45,036 nt of DNA from Minisyncoccia bacterium (GCA_038212375.1 JBBQUO010000003.1:1-45036); one strand, 5' to 3'; counted from the first letter of the stretch, positions 16,645-27,032 are shown. The notes: a model not told the origin generated them from the sequence alone. Program-made: numbers and translations.

Positions 16645-18042
16645 CTATATCCCCTTCAAGAAATCGATATTTGTCTGAATAGAATCTGCAGTCTGCATTA
16701 CCTGATCTCCATAAAATACGTTTGCAGGTTTTCGGCCAGGTTTACAATTTGCTCCAGAATAATACTTACATGCGGCATTGCGCTCTGAAGTGTAGCTTGA
16801 GCCACTTGCCCCAAGGTCAGACATGTATATCGCTGTGGCAATGATGGCATGCTGAGGATTCCATGGATCTGCTTGATCTGCACTAATACCCATATCTGCT
16901 CCAATGCGATCCTTGAACAATTCCCATGTAGATGGAATAAACTGTGAAGGTCCCATCCCTCCGCCGTATCCGCGATTTGCAGTATAGGTGTATCCTGGCG
17001 GACACGATACCGCCTGTGATCTCCAATCGAGACCAAGACGAGATGTAATAGCTTGAAATGGCGATGTATCTCTTGGCGCTTTCATTACTTTTTGGAATGC
17101 TGTTCCACTATTTTTTCCTACCCCATCCCCACTACTTATGTCGGTCACGAGGCAAGAGCCCTGATTTTTACCGAGATCTGACTCTTGAGTAAGAATCGCC
17201 AATATAAGTGCTGGCCTTACACCAGTTTTTGTTGAAGCGACATTTGCGTACGCAAGCGCTTGCTCGAAAGAAATACCCTGTGCGTCACGCAGCCTAAAAA
17301 GTGCTGCTCGGATCGCTTCTGCCTTTGCTTGTTTCTGCGCAACCACTTGCTGATATGCATTTGCCTGACTCTGAGTAACAGCAAGGAGCTGCTTCTTCTC
17401 TGTTTGAGTTTGAGTAATAGTTTTTTTTGTAACTTCTACCGCATGCTGAGCATCAGCAGTAGCATTCTTTTTTTGATCGAGCTCTTCTTTGGCTTTTTCT
17501 GTATCACTTTTTGTTTGATCGATGATATTTAAGTGATCGTGCATCGCCCCTTGAATAGATGCAAAAGTATCTAAGTCACTAAAAAAATCTGAAAGATTTT
17601 TCTTGTGGAGTAACACTTGGGGAAGTGAGTACGCATCGATTTCATTTGTTTTTCTAACAAGTTGCCCGAGAGATTGCTTACTCTTATTGATTTTTCCATT
17701 GAGTACATCAATGGCAGCATTTTTGTCACTGATTTGTTTTGAAAGCTGAAGTATAGCAACCTGCTTTTGTTTGATCTCTGCCTGAGCTGCAGAGATTTTG
17801 GCATTGAGATATGTCACATCACCTTTGAGACTTGTAGCTTTTGCCTTGGTATCAGTGAGCACACCTTGCCACTGTACGATCTCTTTTTGTAGTTCATCAT
17901 ACTGGGATTGCAGCTCTGCTTGTTGAGCTGCGGTGTTTGGGGTATCAGCAAATGCAGATGCAGGCGTAAGAAGCCCGCAAATGATGAGAATGGTAAAAAA
18001 TGAGCGCAATAAAAAAGACCTGAGAAGTTGCTGTATAATCAT
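16645..18042 (-). CDS. secreted coiled-coil protein with C-terminal lytic murein transglycosylase domain
   Basis: Signal peptide, long CwlO/PcsB-like coiled coil, ILTQES catalytic Glu, GGMGPSQFIPSTW, DPWNP. Confidence 0.85.
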   Translation of the reverse strand: MIIQQLLRSFLLRSFFTILIICGLLTPASAFADTPNTAAQQAELQSQYDELQKEIVQWQGVLTDTKAKATSLKGDVTYLNAKISAAQAEIKQKQVAILQLSKQISDKNAAIDVLNGKINKSKQSLGQLVRKTNEIDAYSLPQVLLHKKNLSDFFSDLDTFASIQGAMHDHLNIIDQTKSDTEKAKEELDQKKNATADAQHAVEVTKKTITQTQTEKKQLLAVTQSQANAYQQVVAQKQAKAEAIRAALFRLRDAQGISFEQALAYANVASTKTGVRPALILAILTQESDLGKNQGSCLVTDISSGDGVGKNSGTAFQKVMKAPRDTSPFQAITSRLGLDWRSQAVSCPPGYTYTANRGYGGGMGPSQFIPSTWELFKDRIGADMGISADQADPWNPQHAIIATAIYMSDLGASGSSYTSERNAACKYYSGANCKPGRKPANVFYGDQVMQTADSIQTNIDFLKGI

Positions 18043-18133
18043 ATGCGATATCTACTCTATTCTACCCTAGATTTGAAAATAATTTCGTTCGTTAAGCACA
18101 CAAACCTGTGATATAAACTGATCATTGTCACAA

Positions 18134-18163
18134 AAGAAAAGACGCTCTTGAGCGTCTTTTCTT
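18134..18163 (-). terminator. intrinsic terminator after rplY
   Basis: AAGAAAAGACGCTC-tt-GAGCGTCTTTTCTT. Confidence 0.75.
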
Positions 18164-18205
18164 ACGAATTTTTCTTCTTACTTAGAATGAGTGGTTTGTT
18201 GATTG

Positions 18206-18859
18206 TTATTCTTTCGTTTCAGCAACCTCTTCTTCCTTCGGATTCGCATCCTTTCCTTTCTTTTCTACTTCAATAGCAGAGAGATCTACAGGAAGTGCTT
18301 CTTCATCAGTTTCTTCTTTCTGAGCAGATACGAGAGCTACTACTTCTTCTGCGTTTTCTACGAGAGTTACTCCAGCTGGAAGTTTGAGATCTTGAGCCAA
18401 AATCTGTGATCCAATTGCGGTAAGAATTGCAAGATCAACCTCGATATGTGCAGGGAGATTTGATGGAAGAGCCTCGATCTTGATTGCATGGAGCACCTTC
18501 ACAAGTTGTCCGCCAAAATCCTTTACACCAGATGCAACTCCAACATACTCAAGAGGTACATCAATTTCGAGCTTATGAGTTTTGTCGAACACATAGAAGT
18601 CTGCATGACGTGGCATATCAGTTACTGGATCGAAATCTACATCATGAATGAGTACATCTACTGATCCAGCGTCGTGAGTAAGAGTAACCACTGAAGATTC
18701 TCCAGCTTTTCGATATACCTTCATAAATTCCACTTGTGATAGTGAGATAGAAGTAGCTGGTTCCTTTTTCCCATAGAAAACAGCAGGCATCAGGCCTTGT
18801 GCGCGGATGTCTGAGAGATCTACCTTTGAATCCCTCTTTTGTACAGTTAAATTAAGCAT
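18206..18859 (-). CDS. rplY: 50S ribosomal protein L25/CTC
   Basis: IRAQGLMPAVFYG, DPVTDMPRHADFY, CTC C-terminal domain, acidic tail. Confidence 0.95.
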   Translation of the reverse strand: MLNLTVQKRDSKVDLSDIRAQGLMPAVFYGKKEPATSISLSQVEFMKVYRKAGESSVVTLTHDAGSVDVLIHDVDFDPVTDMPRHADFYVFDKTHKLEIDVPLEYVGVASGVKDFGGQLVKVLHAIKIEALPSNLPAHIEVDLAILTAIGSQILAQDLKLPAGVTLVENAEEVVALVSAQKEETDEEALPVDLSAIEVEKKGKDANPKEEEVAETKE

Positions 18860-18947
18860 GAACCACCATTATAGGGATTTCAATGGAAAAGGCAAGAGAC
18901 TTGCCATCCAGAACCCTTCGAACTTTGTATTGAATTCATATTCGAGT

Positions 18948-18981
18948 TGTAAGCTAGAAACTACTACTAATAACTAAAAGC
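18948..18981. repeat. degenerate heptamer tandem repeat
   Basis: TGTAAGC TAGAAAC TACTAC TAATAAC TAAAAGC, immediately after the stop of the oxidoreductase gene. Confidence 0.55.
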
Positions 18982-18986
18982 TTTTG

Positions 18987-20615
18987 TTACTCTCTCGCAA
19001 TATGACTCTTAAGGTATTCAAGGCTTCCATTCACCTTCTTACCAGGGTTAAAGATATTGTGAGGGTCGAAAACTCGCTTCACCTCTGAGAACAGCTCAAG
19101 CATTCGTGGTGTGTACATTTTTCCAAGGTATGGAGTACGAATGATTCCATCATTATGTTCTGCAGTGATCGAACCATGAAACTTTGCTACGAGATCGTAT
19201 ACCTTGTCGCCTACCTCCATAATGACATCAACATTGTGAGCGTCCTTCATATCCATGAGTGGAATGATGTGGAAGTTTCCGTTCCCTGCATGCCCTGCGA
19301 TAGTGTAATTCATCTTGTAGCTATCGAGGATTTCTCGCATTTTCGGGAGAAACTCTGGCATGTATTTTGGATCAACGATCACATCGTCAATAAATGGTGC
19401 AGTTCTACTTCCATGTACATGCTTACGAAGGAGGTTAAAGCTTTCTCTGCGGATCGCCCAATATTTTTCGGCTTCATCTTTTGATTCTACGATATGAGTT
19501 TTGAGATCGAACTGCTTCATCTGGACATCGAGCGCAGCGATCTTTTTATCTACTTCTTCAATCGAACTTTCCGTAAATTCAACAAGAAGGATAAGTTTTG
19601 GAATACCACCAGTCAATATCATTTCAGCTTCTGGGAGAAACTCCCACATAAGCTTGAGGAATCCTGCTTTCATAGTTTTCACCATTTCAGGGAAAAATCT
19701 TACCGCAAGCTTCATGGTTGCGTCGTCGTAACTTTCGATACTTTCTGGATCCAGTGGCAATACAATATTTACAATTTCACTAACCTTCGTAAGATCAGGA
19801 AGAAATACCACATAGAGTTTTGTTTCGTTTTTTACGGGAACAAGCTTTAGTGTTGCTTTTGTAGTAATGCCGAGCGTTCCCTGTGCACCTACAATAAGCT
19901 TGCTCAAATCAAAAGTGGTACCGTTCCACACATTCCAGAGATAGTATCCTGCTGAATTTTTGGAAACAGTTGGTTTATTTTTTATAATTTCTTCTGTATT
20001 TTTCTCTATAAGATCCCAAATACCTTTGTAGATATTTCCTTCATAATCACCTTGAGCGATTTTATGATCGAGCTCAATTTTTGTAAGAGGTTTTACTTCA
20101 TATTCATTACCATCTGCAAACACCACCTTTTGTGACATAACAAAATTTTCCATCTTGCCGTATCGAAGTGTTTTTTCTCCTGCAGAGTTATTACCAATCA
20201 TTCCTCCAATTGCATTGAGGTTCTTAGACGCAGTGAAACAAGGAAGTAAAAGATTTTTCGCAAGTGTTTCCTTTTCAAAATCTCGATAAAATGTTCCCGG
20301 AAGAACGGTCACACTTTCTCCATCAAACCCAAGCACTCCATGCATATGAGACATGAAATCTAAAATGATAGACTCTCCAATTGCTCCTCCTGCCATACAA
20401 GTCCCAGCTGCACGAGCTGTAATAGAAAGACTTGGGTCAATTGCTTTATGTTCTATCACATATTTCACTACAGCCTTTACGTCACTCGCATCTTTAGGAA
20501 AGAGTACTGCAGCAGGCTTAACTGTGAGCAGACTTGCGTCGTGACTATATGCAGTAAGCGTTTCTTCGTCTATATGTATTTCACCGGCAAAGGTAGATTT
20601 TAATGCTTCTTCCAT
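18987..20615 (-). CDS. FAD-binding oxidoreductase (D-2-hydroxyacid dehydrogenase/GlcD-like)
   Basis: RAAGT, IGGMIGNNSAG, GAQGTLGI, GHAGNGNFH, AEHNDG, FDPHNIFNPGK. Confidence 0.88.
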   Translation of the reverse strand: MEEALKSTFAGEIHIDEETLTAYSHDASLLTVKPAAVLFPKDASDVKAVVKYVIEHKAIDPSLSITARAAGTCMAGGAIGESIILDFMSHMHGVLGFDGESVTVLPGTFYRDFEKETLAKNLLLPCFTASKNLNAIGGMIGNNSAGEKTLRYGKMENFVMSQKVVFADGNEYEVKPLTKIELDHKIAQGDYEGNIYKGIWDLIEKNTEEIIKNKPTVSKNSAGYYLWNVWNGTTFDLSKLIVGAQGTLGITTKATLKLVPVKNETKLYVVFLPDLTKVSEIVNIVLPLDPESIESYDDATMKLAVRFFPEMVKTMKAGFLKLMWEFLPEAEMILTGGIPKLILLVEFTESSIEEVDKKIAALDVQMKQFDLKTHIVESKDEAEKYWAIRRESFNLLRKHVHGSRTAPFIDDVIVDPKYMPEFLPKMREILDSYKMNYTIAGHAGNGNFHIIPLMDMKDAHNVDVIMEVGDKVYDLVAKFHGSITAEHNDGIIRTPYLGKMYTPRMLELFSEVKRVFDPHNIFNPGKKVNGSLEYLKSHIARE

Positions 20616-20627
20616 AATACTTTGAAT

Positions 20628-21500
20628 TTACACTATATGATTAAATAACTTCAGTCTTGCTTCGACTACCTTTTCGATTGCTTCTACACCAGGCTTGAGG
20701 AATTTGTACGGAGCAACTTCATCAGGATTATCTAAGAGTGCGGTTTTAATTGCATCTCTGTACGCAACTCGTATTTCAGTATTAATATGGACAATATCAA
20801 TTCCTTGTTTTATACACTCGATGAAATCTTCATTTGCAGTACCAGACCCACCATGGAGAACGAGTGGTACACCTGTCGCCTCACGTATGGCCTTAACCCT
20901 TTCTGGGTGAAGTCGTGGGTTTCCACCCTTTACCATACCGTGAATATTGCCAATGGAAGGAGCGAGCATATCAACTCCCGTTGCATCCACAAACGCTTTT
21001 GCATCTTCTGGGGTGGTCATAGTAGCTTCACTCACCCCTTCAGGAATAGCATCCAAAATTTTTGATGATTTACCGATAAAACCGATTTCAGCTTCTACGA
21101 GAATATCTCTTCCCCTTGCTTTTGAAACTTCACGTGCATATTCAACACATTTCTTCGTAAGTGCTATATTTTCTTCAAGTGGCAGAGTTACTGCATCGAT
21201 AATCACTGCATCGAATCCTCCATCGATTGCTTTTTTCACTCGTTCAAAAGAATAGTGATGATCGGCATTTAAAAATATTGGATAATTGTAAGTATCCCGG
21301 AAACTTTTGACGAGCGCGACTGCCTGCTCGGTACCCACAAAGTCTTCTTCTCCTTCTGATACACCGATAATGACCGGGAGATCCAGTTTTTTGGCCGCAT
21401 TGTAAATGCCCCACAAAGCTTCGAGGTTTGAAATATTAAAATGCCCCACCGCCACCCCTCGATTGTCTGCATCTTGTATATATTCTCGTAAAGTTTTCAT
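20628..21500 (-). CDS. fba: class II fructose-bisphosphate aldolase
   Basis: NADH, VEAEIG, SIGNIHG, PLVLHGGSG, HINTE. Confidence 0.93.
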   Translation of the reverse strand: MKTLREYIQDADNRGVAVGHFNISNLEALWGIYNAAKKLDLPVIIGVSEGEEDFVGTEQAVALVKSFRDTYNYPIFLNADHHYSFERVKKAIDGGFDAVIIDAVTLPLEENIALTKKCVEYAREVSKARGRDILVEAEIGFIGKSSKILDAIPEGVSEATMTTPEDAKAFVDATGVDMLAPSIGNIHGMVKGGNPRLHPERVKAIREATGVPLVLHGGSGTANEDFIECIKQGIDIVHINTEIRVAYRDAIKTALLDNPDEVAPYKFLKPGVEAIEKVVEARLKLFNHIV

Positions 21501-21628
21501 AGATAATATTCTATCACAGCCAAATAGAGCACTGAGCCGAAACCTTGGGATACTGAATTCCGAGATTTCGCCTCTGAGTCCATTCGTTATTCCTTATTTG
21601 TGTTTTTAATCCCTGATATACTAAACGT

Positions 21629-22624
21629 ATGAAAAATTTTGATTTTGTCGCTATCGGCGATACCGTGACTGACGCTTTTATTCGATTACAAGATGCTTCT
21701 GTACACTGCAATGTAAACCATGAAGAATGCACACTCAGTATGCGTTTTGGAGACAAAGTTCCCTATCAATCTGTCGATGTTATCCGTGCGGTAGGCAACG
21801 CAGCAAATGCTGCCGTCTCTGCCTCACGACTTGGGCTTTCTACTGCCCTCGTAACAAATCTTGGAGACGACCAAAACGGAGCAGAATGTCTTGCTACCCT
21901 AAAGCAAAACGGTATCGCCACGGACTTTGTAACGACGAATGCAGGAAAAGAGACCAACTACCATTATGTTCTGTGGTACGAAGACGACCGAACCATTCTC
22001 GTCAAACACCAAGAATATGATTACAAACTTCCAGATGTAGGTCCTCAAAAATGGATCTACCTTTCTTCTCTTGCTCAAAACACGCTGCCGTATCACAAAG
22101 AAATTGCAACATACCTTAAAGCTAACCCTGATACCAAACTCGCATTTCAACCTGGAACATTCCAAATGAAATTTGGTACGGGTGAGCTCAGTGACATCTA
22201 TACACACACCGAAGTCTTTTTCTGCAATGTCGAAGAAGCTCGCAGAATCCTCGGCATCACCGAAGACCTCACTGCGATGGATCTCGCACCGAAGATCGCA
22301 AAGCTCGGACCGAAGGTTGTGGTGATTACTGATGGGCCAAAAGGTGCCCATGTGTTTGATGGCACTGATACCTGGTTTATGCCTACCTATCCTGACACAA
22401 AGCCCCCTCTTGAACGTACTGGAGCTGGAGATGCATTTGCTTCTACCTTCACCGTCGCCCTTGCTCTCGGCATGAGTATTCCACAGGCGCTTTGTTGGGG
22501 ACCAATCAACTCAATGTCAGTCGTACAACAAGTTGGCGCACAACGTGGTCTCCTTACCAAAGCTGAACTCGAAGAATTTCTGAAAACTGCTCCGGAGAGT
22601 TACAAACCACAACTACTGAGCTAG
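21629..22624 (+). CDS. PfkB/ribokinase-family carbohydrate kinase
   Basis: GNAANAAV...RLG, LGDD, ERTGAGDAF. Confidence 0.92.
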   Translation: MKNFDFVAIGDTVTDAFIRLQDASVHCNVNHEECTLSMRFGDKVPYQSVDVIRAVGNAANAAVSASRLGLSTALVTNLGDDQNGAECLATLKQNGIATDFVTTNAGKETNYHYVLWYEDDRTILVKHQEYDYKLPDVGPQKWIYLSSLAQNTLPYHKEIATYLKANPDTKLAFQPGTFQMKFGTGELSDIYTHTEVFFCNVEEARRILGITEDLTAMDLAPKIAKLGPKVVVITDGPKGAHVFDGTDTWFMPTYPDTKPPLERTGAGDAFASTFTVALALGMSIPQALCWGPINSMSVVQQVGAQRGLLTKAELEEFLKTAPESYKPQLLS

Positions 22625-22658
22625 CTTTTAAGTGGTAGCTATTAGGTTTTAGCTTTTA
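22624..22658. repeat. degenerate heptamer tandem repeat (5 units)
   Basis: GCTTTTA AGTGGTA GCTATTA GGTTTTA GCTTTTA, starting at the pfkB stop. Confidence 0.6.
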
Positions 22659-22738
22659 AAACCAAACTTGCAATTAAGGGTATTTTCCTTAGTATTGAGC
22701 TGGGTTATTTTTTCGCACCTTCACACACGGAGATAGTC

Positions 22739-23455
22739 GTGCAAACTGAAACTAAGGCAGATCTCTATCATAGAGAGAAGACTAGAAACATGCTCCACCA
22801 ACTACTGACTGGCTCAGCACTTGGCGAAGCAGCAGAGATGCTAAAGGGTTACAAGCTCCTTATCTTAGCGCGAACAGCGTTTCATAACGCGAGATCTCAG
22901 GTCATTGAATTTGAACATGCATATGCGGCTAAACGTAAAGCATTAGTAGTTGCAGCATGGGAGAAACGCGGAGTTGCATTTTGCACTCAAGGACACCACA
23001 TGGCACCAAAAGACGAGATGCGAATTGTTGCTCTGAAAACATATACCCGTAGGAGTACTGATGAAGGATTTGATTTTAGTCATCGTAAGCACTCAAATAT
23101 ACAACGAATCTGTGGTGCATGCGAAGCAGAACTTCAAACATCTTTTGTCGCAGTAAAAGGAAAAAGCGACGGTCTTTATTTACCACTCAAAGCAGTGATG
23201 GTGAAAGCAGTACGTGTGGAGGAAGCTGGGGTAAGCATCGAGAGTGATTTTGAAGGAGATTGGTCAAAACCAGACCCTACAATCGAAATTCCTGATGCGA
23301 TTCCTGATAGTCATTATGAAAGCTTTCTTGTTGCTGAAGACAACATTCCTCCCACAATGGATCTATGGAGAGCGCTGCATCATAAGGACGAATCGCTGAG
23401 AGTTGGCAACTATATCCTTTCGGACGAAGAATTGTTCGATTCACAAAACGAGTAG
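22739..23455 (+). CDS. hypothetical protein, possible Zn-binding (CxxxH...CxxC)
   Basis: 238-aa ORF with GGAG upstream of GTG and its own terminator; CTQGH and CGAC. Confidence 0.6.
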   Translation: MQTETKADLYHREKTRNMLHQLLTGSALGEAAEMLKGYKLLILARTAFHNARSQVIEFEHAYAAKRKALVVAAWEKRGVAFCTQGHHMAPKDEMRIVALKTYTRRSTDEGFDFSHRKHSNIQRICGACEAELQTSFVAVKGKSDGLYLPLKAVMVKAVRVEEAGVSIESDFEGDWSKPDPTIEIPDAIPDSHYESFLVAEDNIPPTMDLWRALHHKDESLRVGNYILSDEELFDSQNE

Positions 23456-23464
23456 TGGTTACCA

Positions 23465-23502
23465 AAAGAACCCAAATCCTAACGGAAATGGGTTCTTTTT
23501 TT
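23465..23502. terminator. terminator between convergent genes
   Basis: AAAAGAACCCA...TGGGTTCTTTTTT. Confidence 0.65.
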
Positions 23503-23531
23503 GTATAAAACACTGAGCATCGATGCGTTAA

Positions 23532-24521
23532 TTACATTCTCGCGATTACTTTTTTGACTGCGTCGATAATTCCTTGCTCTCCCATATTGAAATGTTCCCA
23601 CAATTCTTCCATAGTTCCTGTCTGTCCAAATTGATCTTTTACTCCGACGAACTCTTGATGAGCTGGATGCCTTTGCGCAAGAAGCTCTGCGATCGCAGAA
23701 CCAAGTCCTCCAGCGACCTGGTGCTCTTCTACGGTCACCACTTTTCCAGTTTTTAAAACAGCATCGAGGATGGTTTTCTCGTCGAGAGGCTTTATTGTCG
23801 CGAGGTTTATGACGATGGACCCAACACCTTCTCCATCGAGCTTCTTGGCAGCAGTGAGAGCCTTGTAAACCAGAGCCCCTGTAGCAATGATCGTCACCCG
23901 TGGCTTTTCTGATTCAAAGAATACTTGTGCTTTCCCAATTTCAAATGGAGTATCAATGGTTGTAATAACAGGAGTTTTTTCTCGTGCGAGGCGAATGTAT
24001 ACCGGAGTATTATTTTTGGCTGCTGCGATAGTTGCTTTCTTTGCTTCGATACTATCACATGGAGAAATGACCACCATACGAGGGATAACACGCATAATAG
24101 CAATGTCTTCGATCGCTTGGTGGGTACCTCCATCAGGACCTACAGAAACTCCTGCGTGGCTTCCCACAATCTTTACCGGCTGATTGTTGTAACAAATAGT
24201 CGTACGGATCTGTTCCCAGTTTCTCCCTGGAGAAAACATCGCATACGAGCTCACAAACGGAATCTTTCCCATTGCCGCCATACCAGACGCTACTCCTGCA
24301 AGGTTTTGTTCTGCAACACCGATTTCGATGAATCGTTCTGGAAACTTTTCTTTAAAAAATATCATCTGCGTAGACTCTGTGAGATCAGCGCACAGTCCGA
24401 CTATATTTTGGTCTGCTTCGCCCACTGCAAGAAGCCCCTCACCGAATCCCTTACGGATCGGCACCTGCTCGACATCAGCGTCAAATAGTTTGGTATTCAG
24501 TTTTGCGTTTGAATTAATCAT
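23532..24521 (-). CDS. transketolase C-terminal subunit
   Basis: ADLTEST, IGVAEQN, GPDGGTHQ, VYIRL, VTVEEH. Confidence 0.93.
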   Translation of the reverse strand: MINSNAKLNTKLFDADVEQVPIRKGFGEGLLAVGEADQNIVGLCADLTESTQMIFFKEKFPERFIEIGVAEQNLAGVASGMAAMGKIPFVSSYAMFSPGRNWEQIRTTICYNNQPVKIVGSHAGVSVGPDGGTHQAIEDIAIMRVIPRMVVISPCDSIEAKKATIAAAKNNTPVYIRLAREKTPVITTIDTPFEIGKAQVFFESEKPRVTIIATGALVYKALTAAKKLDGEGVGSIVINLATIKPLDEKTILDAVLKTGKVVTVEEHQVAGGLGSAIAELLAQRHPAHQEFVGVKDQFGQTGTMEELWEHFNMGEQGIIDAVKKVIARM

Positions 24522-24885
24522 TGCGTAAATAGAACTCTAACCTCGTTCCACTTGGATCATCAAACCAAACGAATTTTCTGCCTCCGACCTTATCGATCTC
24601 TATTCCGCTATTTTTGATATTCGCCTTACCGAGACGACCGAGCACATCTTTGAGTTCCCCTTCAGTTTCTACTGCAAAAGCAAAGTGGTTCATACCACCT
24701 TCATTTCTGTTGTACTCTGCAAATGCATGTTCAGGGAGCACGAACATGAGTTTTGTTTTGCCGATCTCATACGCAATAGATCCTTCAGCTGTCTCTATCG
24801 GACTTCCAAGAAACGATGAATAAAATAATTCTGTTTCAAAAAGATCTTTGACTACTATGACGATGTGATCAAGATTTGAAATCAT
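24514..24885 (-). CDS. VOC (glyoxalase/bleomycin resistance) family protein
   Basis: LDHIVIVV.DL...FY, NHFAF.V, FDDPSGTRLE. Confidence 0.88.
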   Translation of the reverse strand: MISNLDHIVIVVKDLFETELFYSSFLGSPIETAEGSIAYEIGKTKLMFVLPEHAFAEYNRNEGGMNHFAFAVETEGELKDVLGRLGKANIKNSGIEIDKVGGRKFVWFDDPSGTRLEFYLRND

Positions 24886-24886
24886 A

Positions 24887-25756
24887 TTATTGGTGTTCGC
24901 TCATAATTTTTCCTCCGAGAGTCCGCAGCTCGTCGAGAGCCATCTTTGCTTCCTCCTTATTTGGCGGTTTGCCATGCCATTCATACTTTCGCTCAAACTC
25001 TTTCACTCCTTTCCCAGGAATAGTGTGCGCAATGATCATAGAAGGCTTTTCAAATACTGCTTTCGCTTGGTGGATCGCATCGCTAATATCACGAACGTTG
25101 TGTCCATCGATCTCAATGACATGCCAGTTCCATGCGCGCCACTTATCTACAAACGGTTCGAGCGGCATGACATCCTCGGTAAATCCATCAATCTGGATAT
25201 TATTTCGATCGATGATACCAATGAGATTGTGGAGCCTGTTTTTCCCAGCCAGCATTCCTGCTTCCCAGATTGCACCCGATTCTTGTTCTCCGTCTGACAT
25301 GAGACAATAGATATATTTTTGTGATGTTCTTCCTGCATCGATATTTTCTGCGAGAGCCATACCGACAGCTTGTGCGAGTCCTGATGCGAGCGGTCCGGAG
25401 CTCGTTTCAAGAGACGGAAGCCATTCACGATGAGGATGACCTTGAAGTCGTGAACCGAACTTTCGAAGTGTCTTCAATTCTTCTACGGGAAAATATCCTG
25501 CATGAGCCATCGCTGCATACAGCACAGGACATATGTGACCATTTGATAGAACTACTCGATCGCGATCTTTCCAATCCGGATGTTTTGGATCATGCCTGAG
25601 TGCGTGAAAGTAAAGTGTTGCAAAAATATCTGCCATACCGAGTGGCCCAGCAGTGTGCCCACTTTTAGCCTCGAGAAGCATGTCGATAATTGATTCACGA
25701 ATATCGTTTGCTTTCAGTTCAAGTGCTTTGATTTTATCTTCAGTAAGAGTGTCCAT
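24887..25756 (-). CDS. transketolase N-terminal subunit
   Basis: SGH, DRVVLSNGH, LQGHP, SDGEQESG...DRN TPP-binding motif, HTIPGKG. Confidence 0.94.
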   Translation of the reverse strand: MDTLTEDKIKALELKANDIRESIIDMLLEAKSGHTAGPLGMADIFATLYFHALRHDPKHPDWKDRDRVVLSNGHICPVLYAAMAHAGYFPVEELKTLRKFGSRLQGHPHREWLPSLETSSGPLASGLAQAVGMALAENIDAGRTSQKYIYCLMSDGEQESGAIWEAGMLAGKNRLHNLIGIIDRNNIQIDGFTEDVMPLEPFVDKWRAWNWHVIEIDGHNVRDISDAIHQAKAVFEKPSMIIAHTIPGKGVKEFERKYEWHGKPPNKEEAKMALDELRTLGGKIMSEHQ

Positions 25757-25785
25757 ACGATATGTAGATATTGTATCACGCAGAT

Positions 25786-25816
25786 AGAATAACGAATGAT
25801 GAATAGTGAATAATGA
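25786..25816. repeat. degenerate heptamer repeat (NNNGAAT type)
   Basis: TAGAAT AACGAAT GATGAAT AGTGAAT AATGAA. Confidence 0.5.
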
Positions 25817-25894
25817 AAAAGCCTAGGCGAAGCTTCAGAATTCCGAGACGGGTCCTTAGGAATTTACTAAATTCTCTGTACTGAAAAAAACTTA

Positions 25895-26602
25895 CTACCC
25901 TATCGATTCAAACTCTTCTATTGCTGTTCGCATATCGTCACTTTCAAAAATAGCGGAGCCAATGATGAGACGGTCTGCACCTGCCTCAACGAGAGCTTGT
26001 GCATTTTCGAGCGTAATACCACCATCAACACTTACTGGTATTTCTGGATATTCTTCCTTGAAACTCTCAATCCTTTCAAAAACTCTTTCGTCAAGAGGCA
26101 TCCCTTGGGAACCAATGCGTTCAATACCCATAAACTGTACGTACTGAACGTACTCAAGTAGCGGCTCTAGAATACTCACGTCAGTATCGAGATTTATTGC
26201 AATACCAAGATCAACAGTCAGAAGTGAACCTGTTTGACCAAAGTGATCTTGAAAATCTTTTACAAACGTAAGAGCCTTGTCTTCATTTTCAAATGATTCG
26301 AATTGTACTACGATTCTTTTTGCACCTGCAGAAATCCATGATTGCAAATACTCTACCGGATCTTTGACCATTAAATGAAATTCGTATTCAAGTTCCTCCC
26401 AATATGGCATCCCTTCTTCTTCGTGCATAATTTTTTCAAAATCCTCGTCGTGATCGTAGAGATATGGCCAAGAACCCTTTGGGGTGAGCTTGCCATCAAG
26501 AATATCTACTTGAACGAGAGGAACAACTCCCACAATTTTCGAAAGGTGGTCTTCGAGATCACTAAAACTTTGTGGGATGATTGCGGGGATTATTTCGGAC
26601 AT
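25895..26602 (-). CDS. rpe: ribulose-phosphate 3-epimerase
   Basis: IIPAI, QVDILDG, EFHLMV, GSQG, VDGGI, IIGSAIF. Confidence 0.9.
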   Translation of the reverse strand: MSEIIPAIIPQSFSDLEDHLSKIVGVVPLVQVDILDGKLTPKGSWPYLYDHDEDFEKIMHEEEGMPYWEELEYEFHLMVKDPVEYLQSWISAGAKRIVVQFESFENEDKALTFVKDFQDHFGQTGSLLTVDLGIAINLDTDVSILEPLLEYVQYVQFMGIERIGSQGMPLDERVFERIESFKEEYPEIPVSVDGGITLENAQALVEAGADRLIIGSAIFESDDMRTAIEEFESIG

Positions 26603-27024
26603 ACTTTTTGTATAGTGGGTTTTTTATAAATGCTAATATTTTTCTTTATAAGAAAAAAAACTAAAATAACAACTGGAATACCAAGAGTAAAAAGACTGAA
26701 CGTAATAAACAAAAGAAGAATATTCTGAATGAACGCACCTACTACATACACAAAAATTAAAAGCAAAAGAAAACCAGCAATTCTTGCGTATATATCTTTA
26801 GTGGTAAAATACGCATATACAAAATTTGTTTGAATGAGAAGCAAAAGAACAACTATCGCAAATAATGTTGGCCACGTTAAATCAGACAACCAAATATCAT
26901 AATGATATGGTGGCTGGTGACCTCCAAGACCTTCGTAAAGAAAACCCATACCTTGCAGAATATAAGTAACCACAACAATCGAAGAATATGGCCAAGCAAT
27001 TTTTTGTATTATTTCCTTAGTCAT
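26590..27024 (-). CDS. AT-rich hypothetical membrane protein
   Basis: About 4 hydrophobic segments, no recognised motif. Confidence 0.55.
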   Translation of the reverse strand: MTKEIIQKIAWPYSSIVVVTYILQGMGFLYEGLGGHQPPYHYDIWLSDLTWPTLFAIVVLLLLIQTNFVYAYFTTKDIYARIAGFLLLLIFVYVVGAFIQNILLLFITFSLFTLGIPVVILVFFLIKKNISIYKKPTIQKVCPK

Positions 27025-27032
27025 AAACTATA

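Noticed and set aside
21556-25848. Shared GAATTCCGAGA in two intergenic regions (~21557 and ~25838)
   Set aside because: Only 11 bp with divergent flanks; insufficient to call a repeat element
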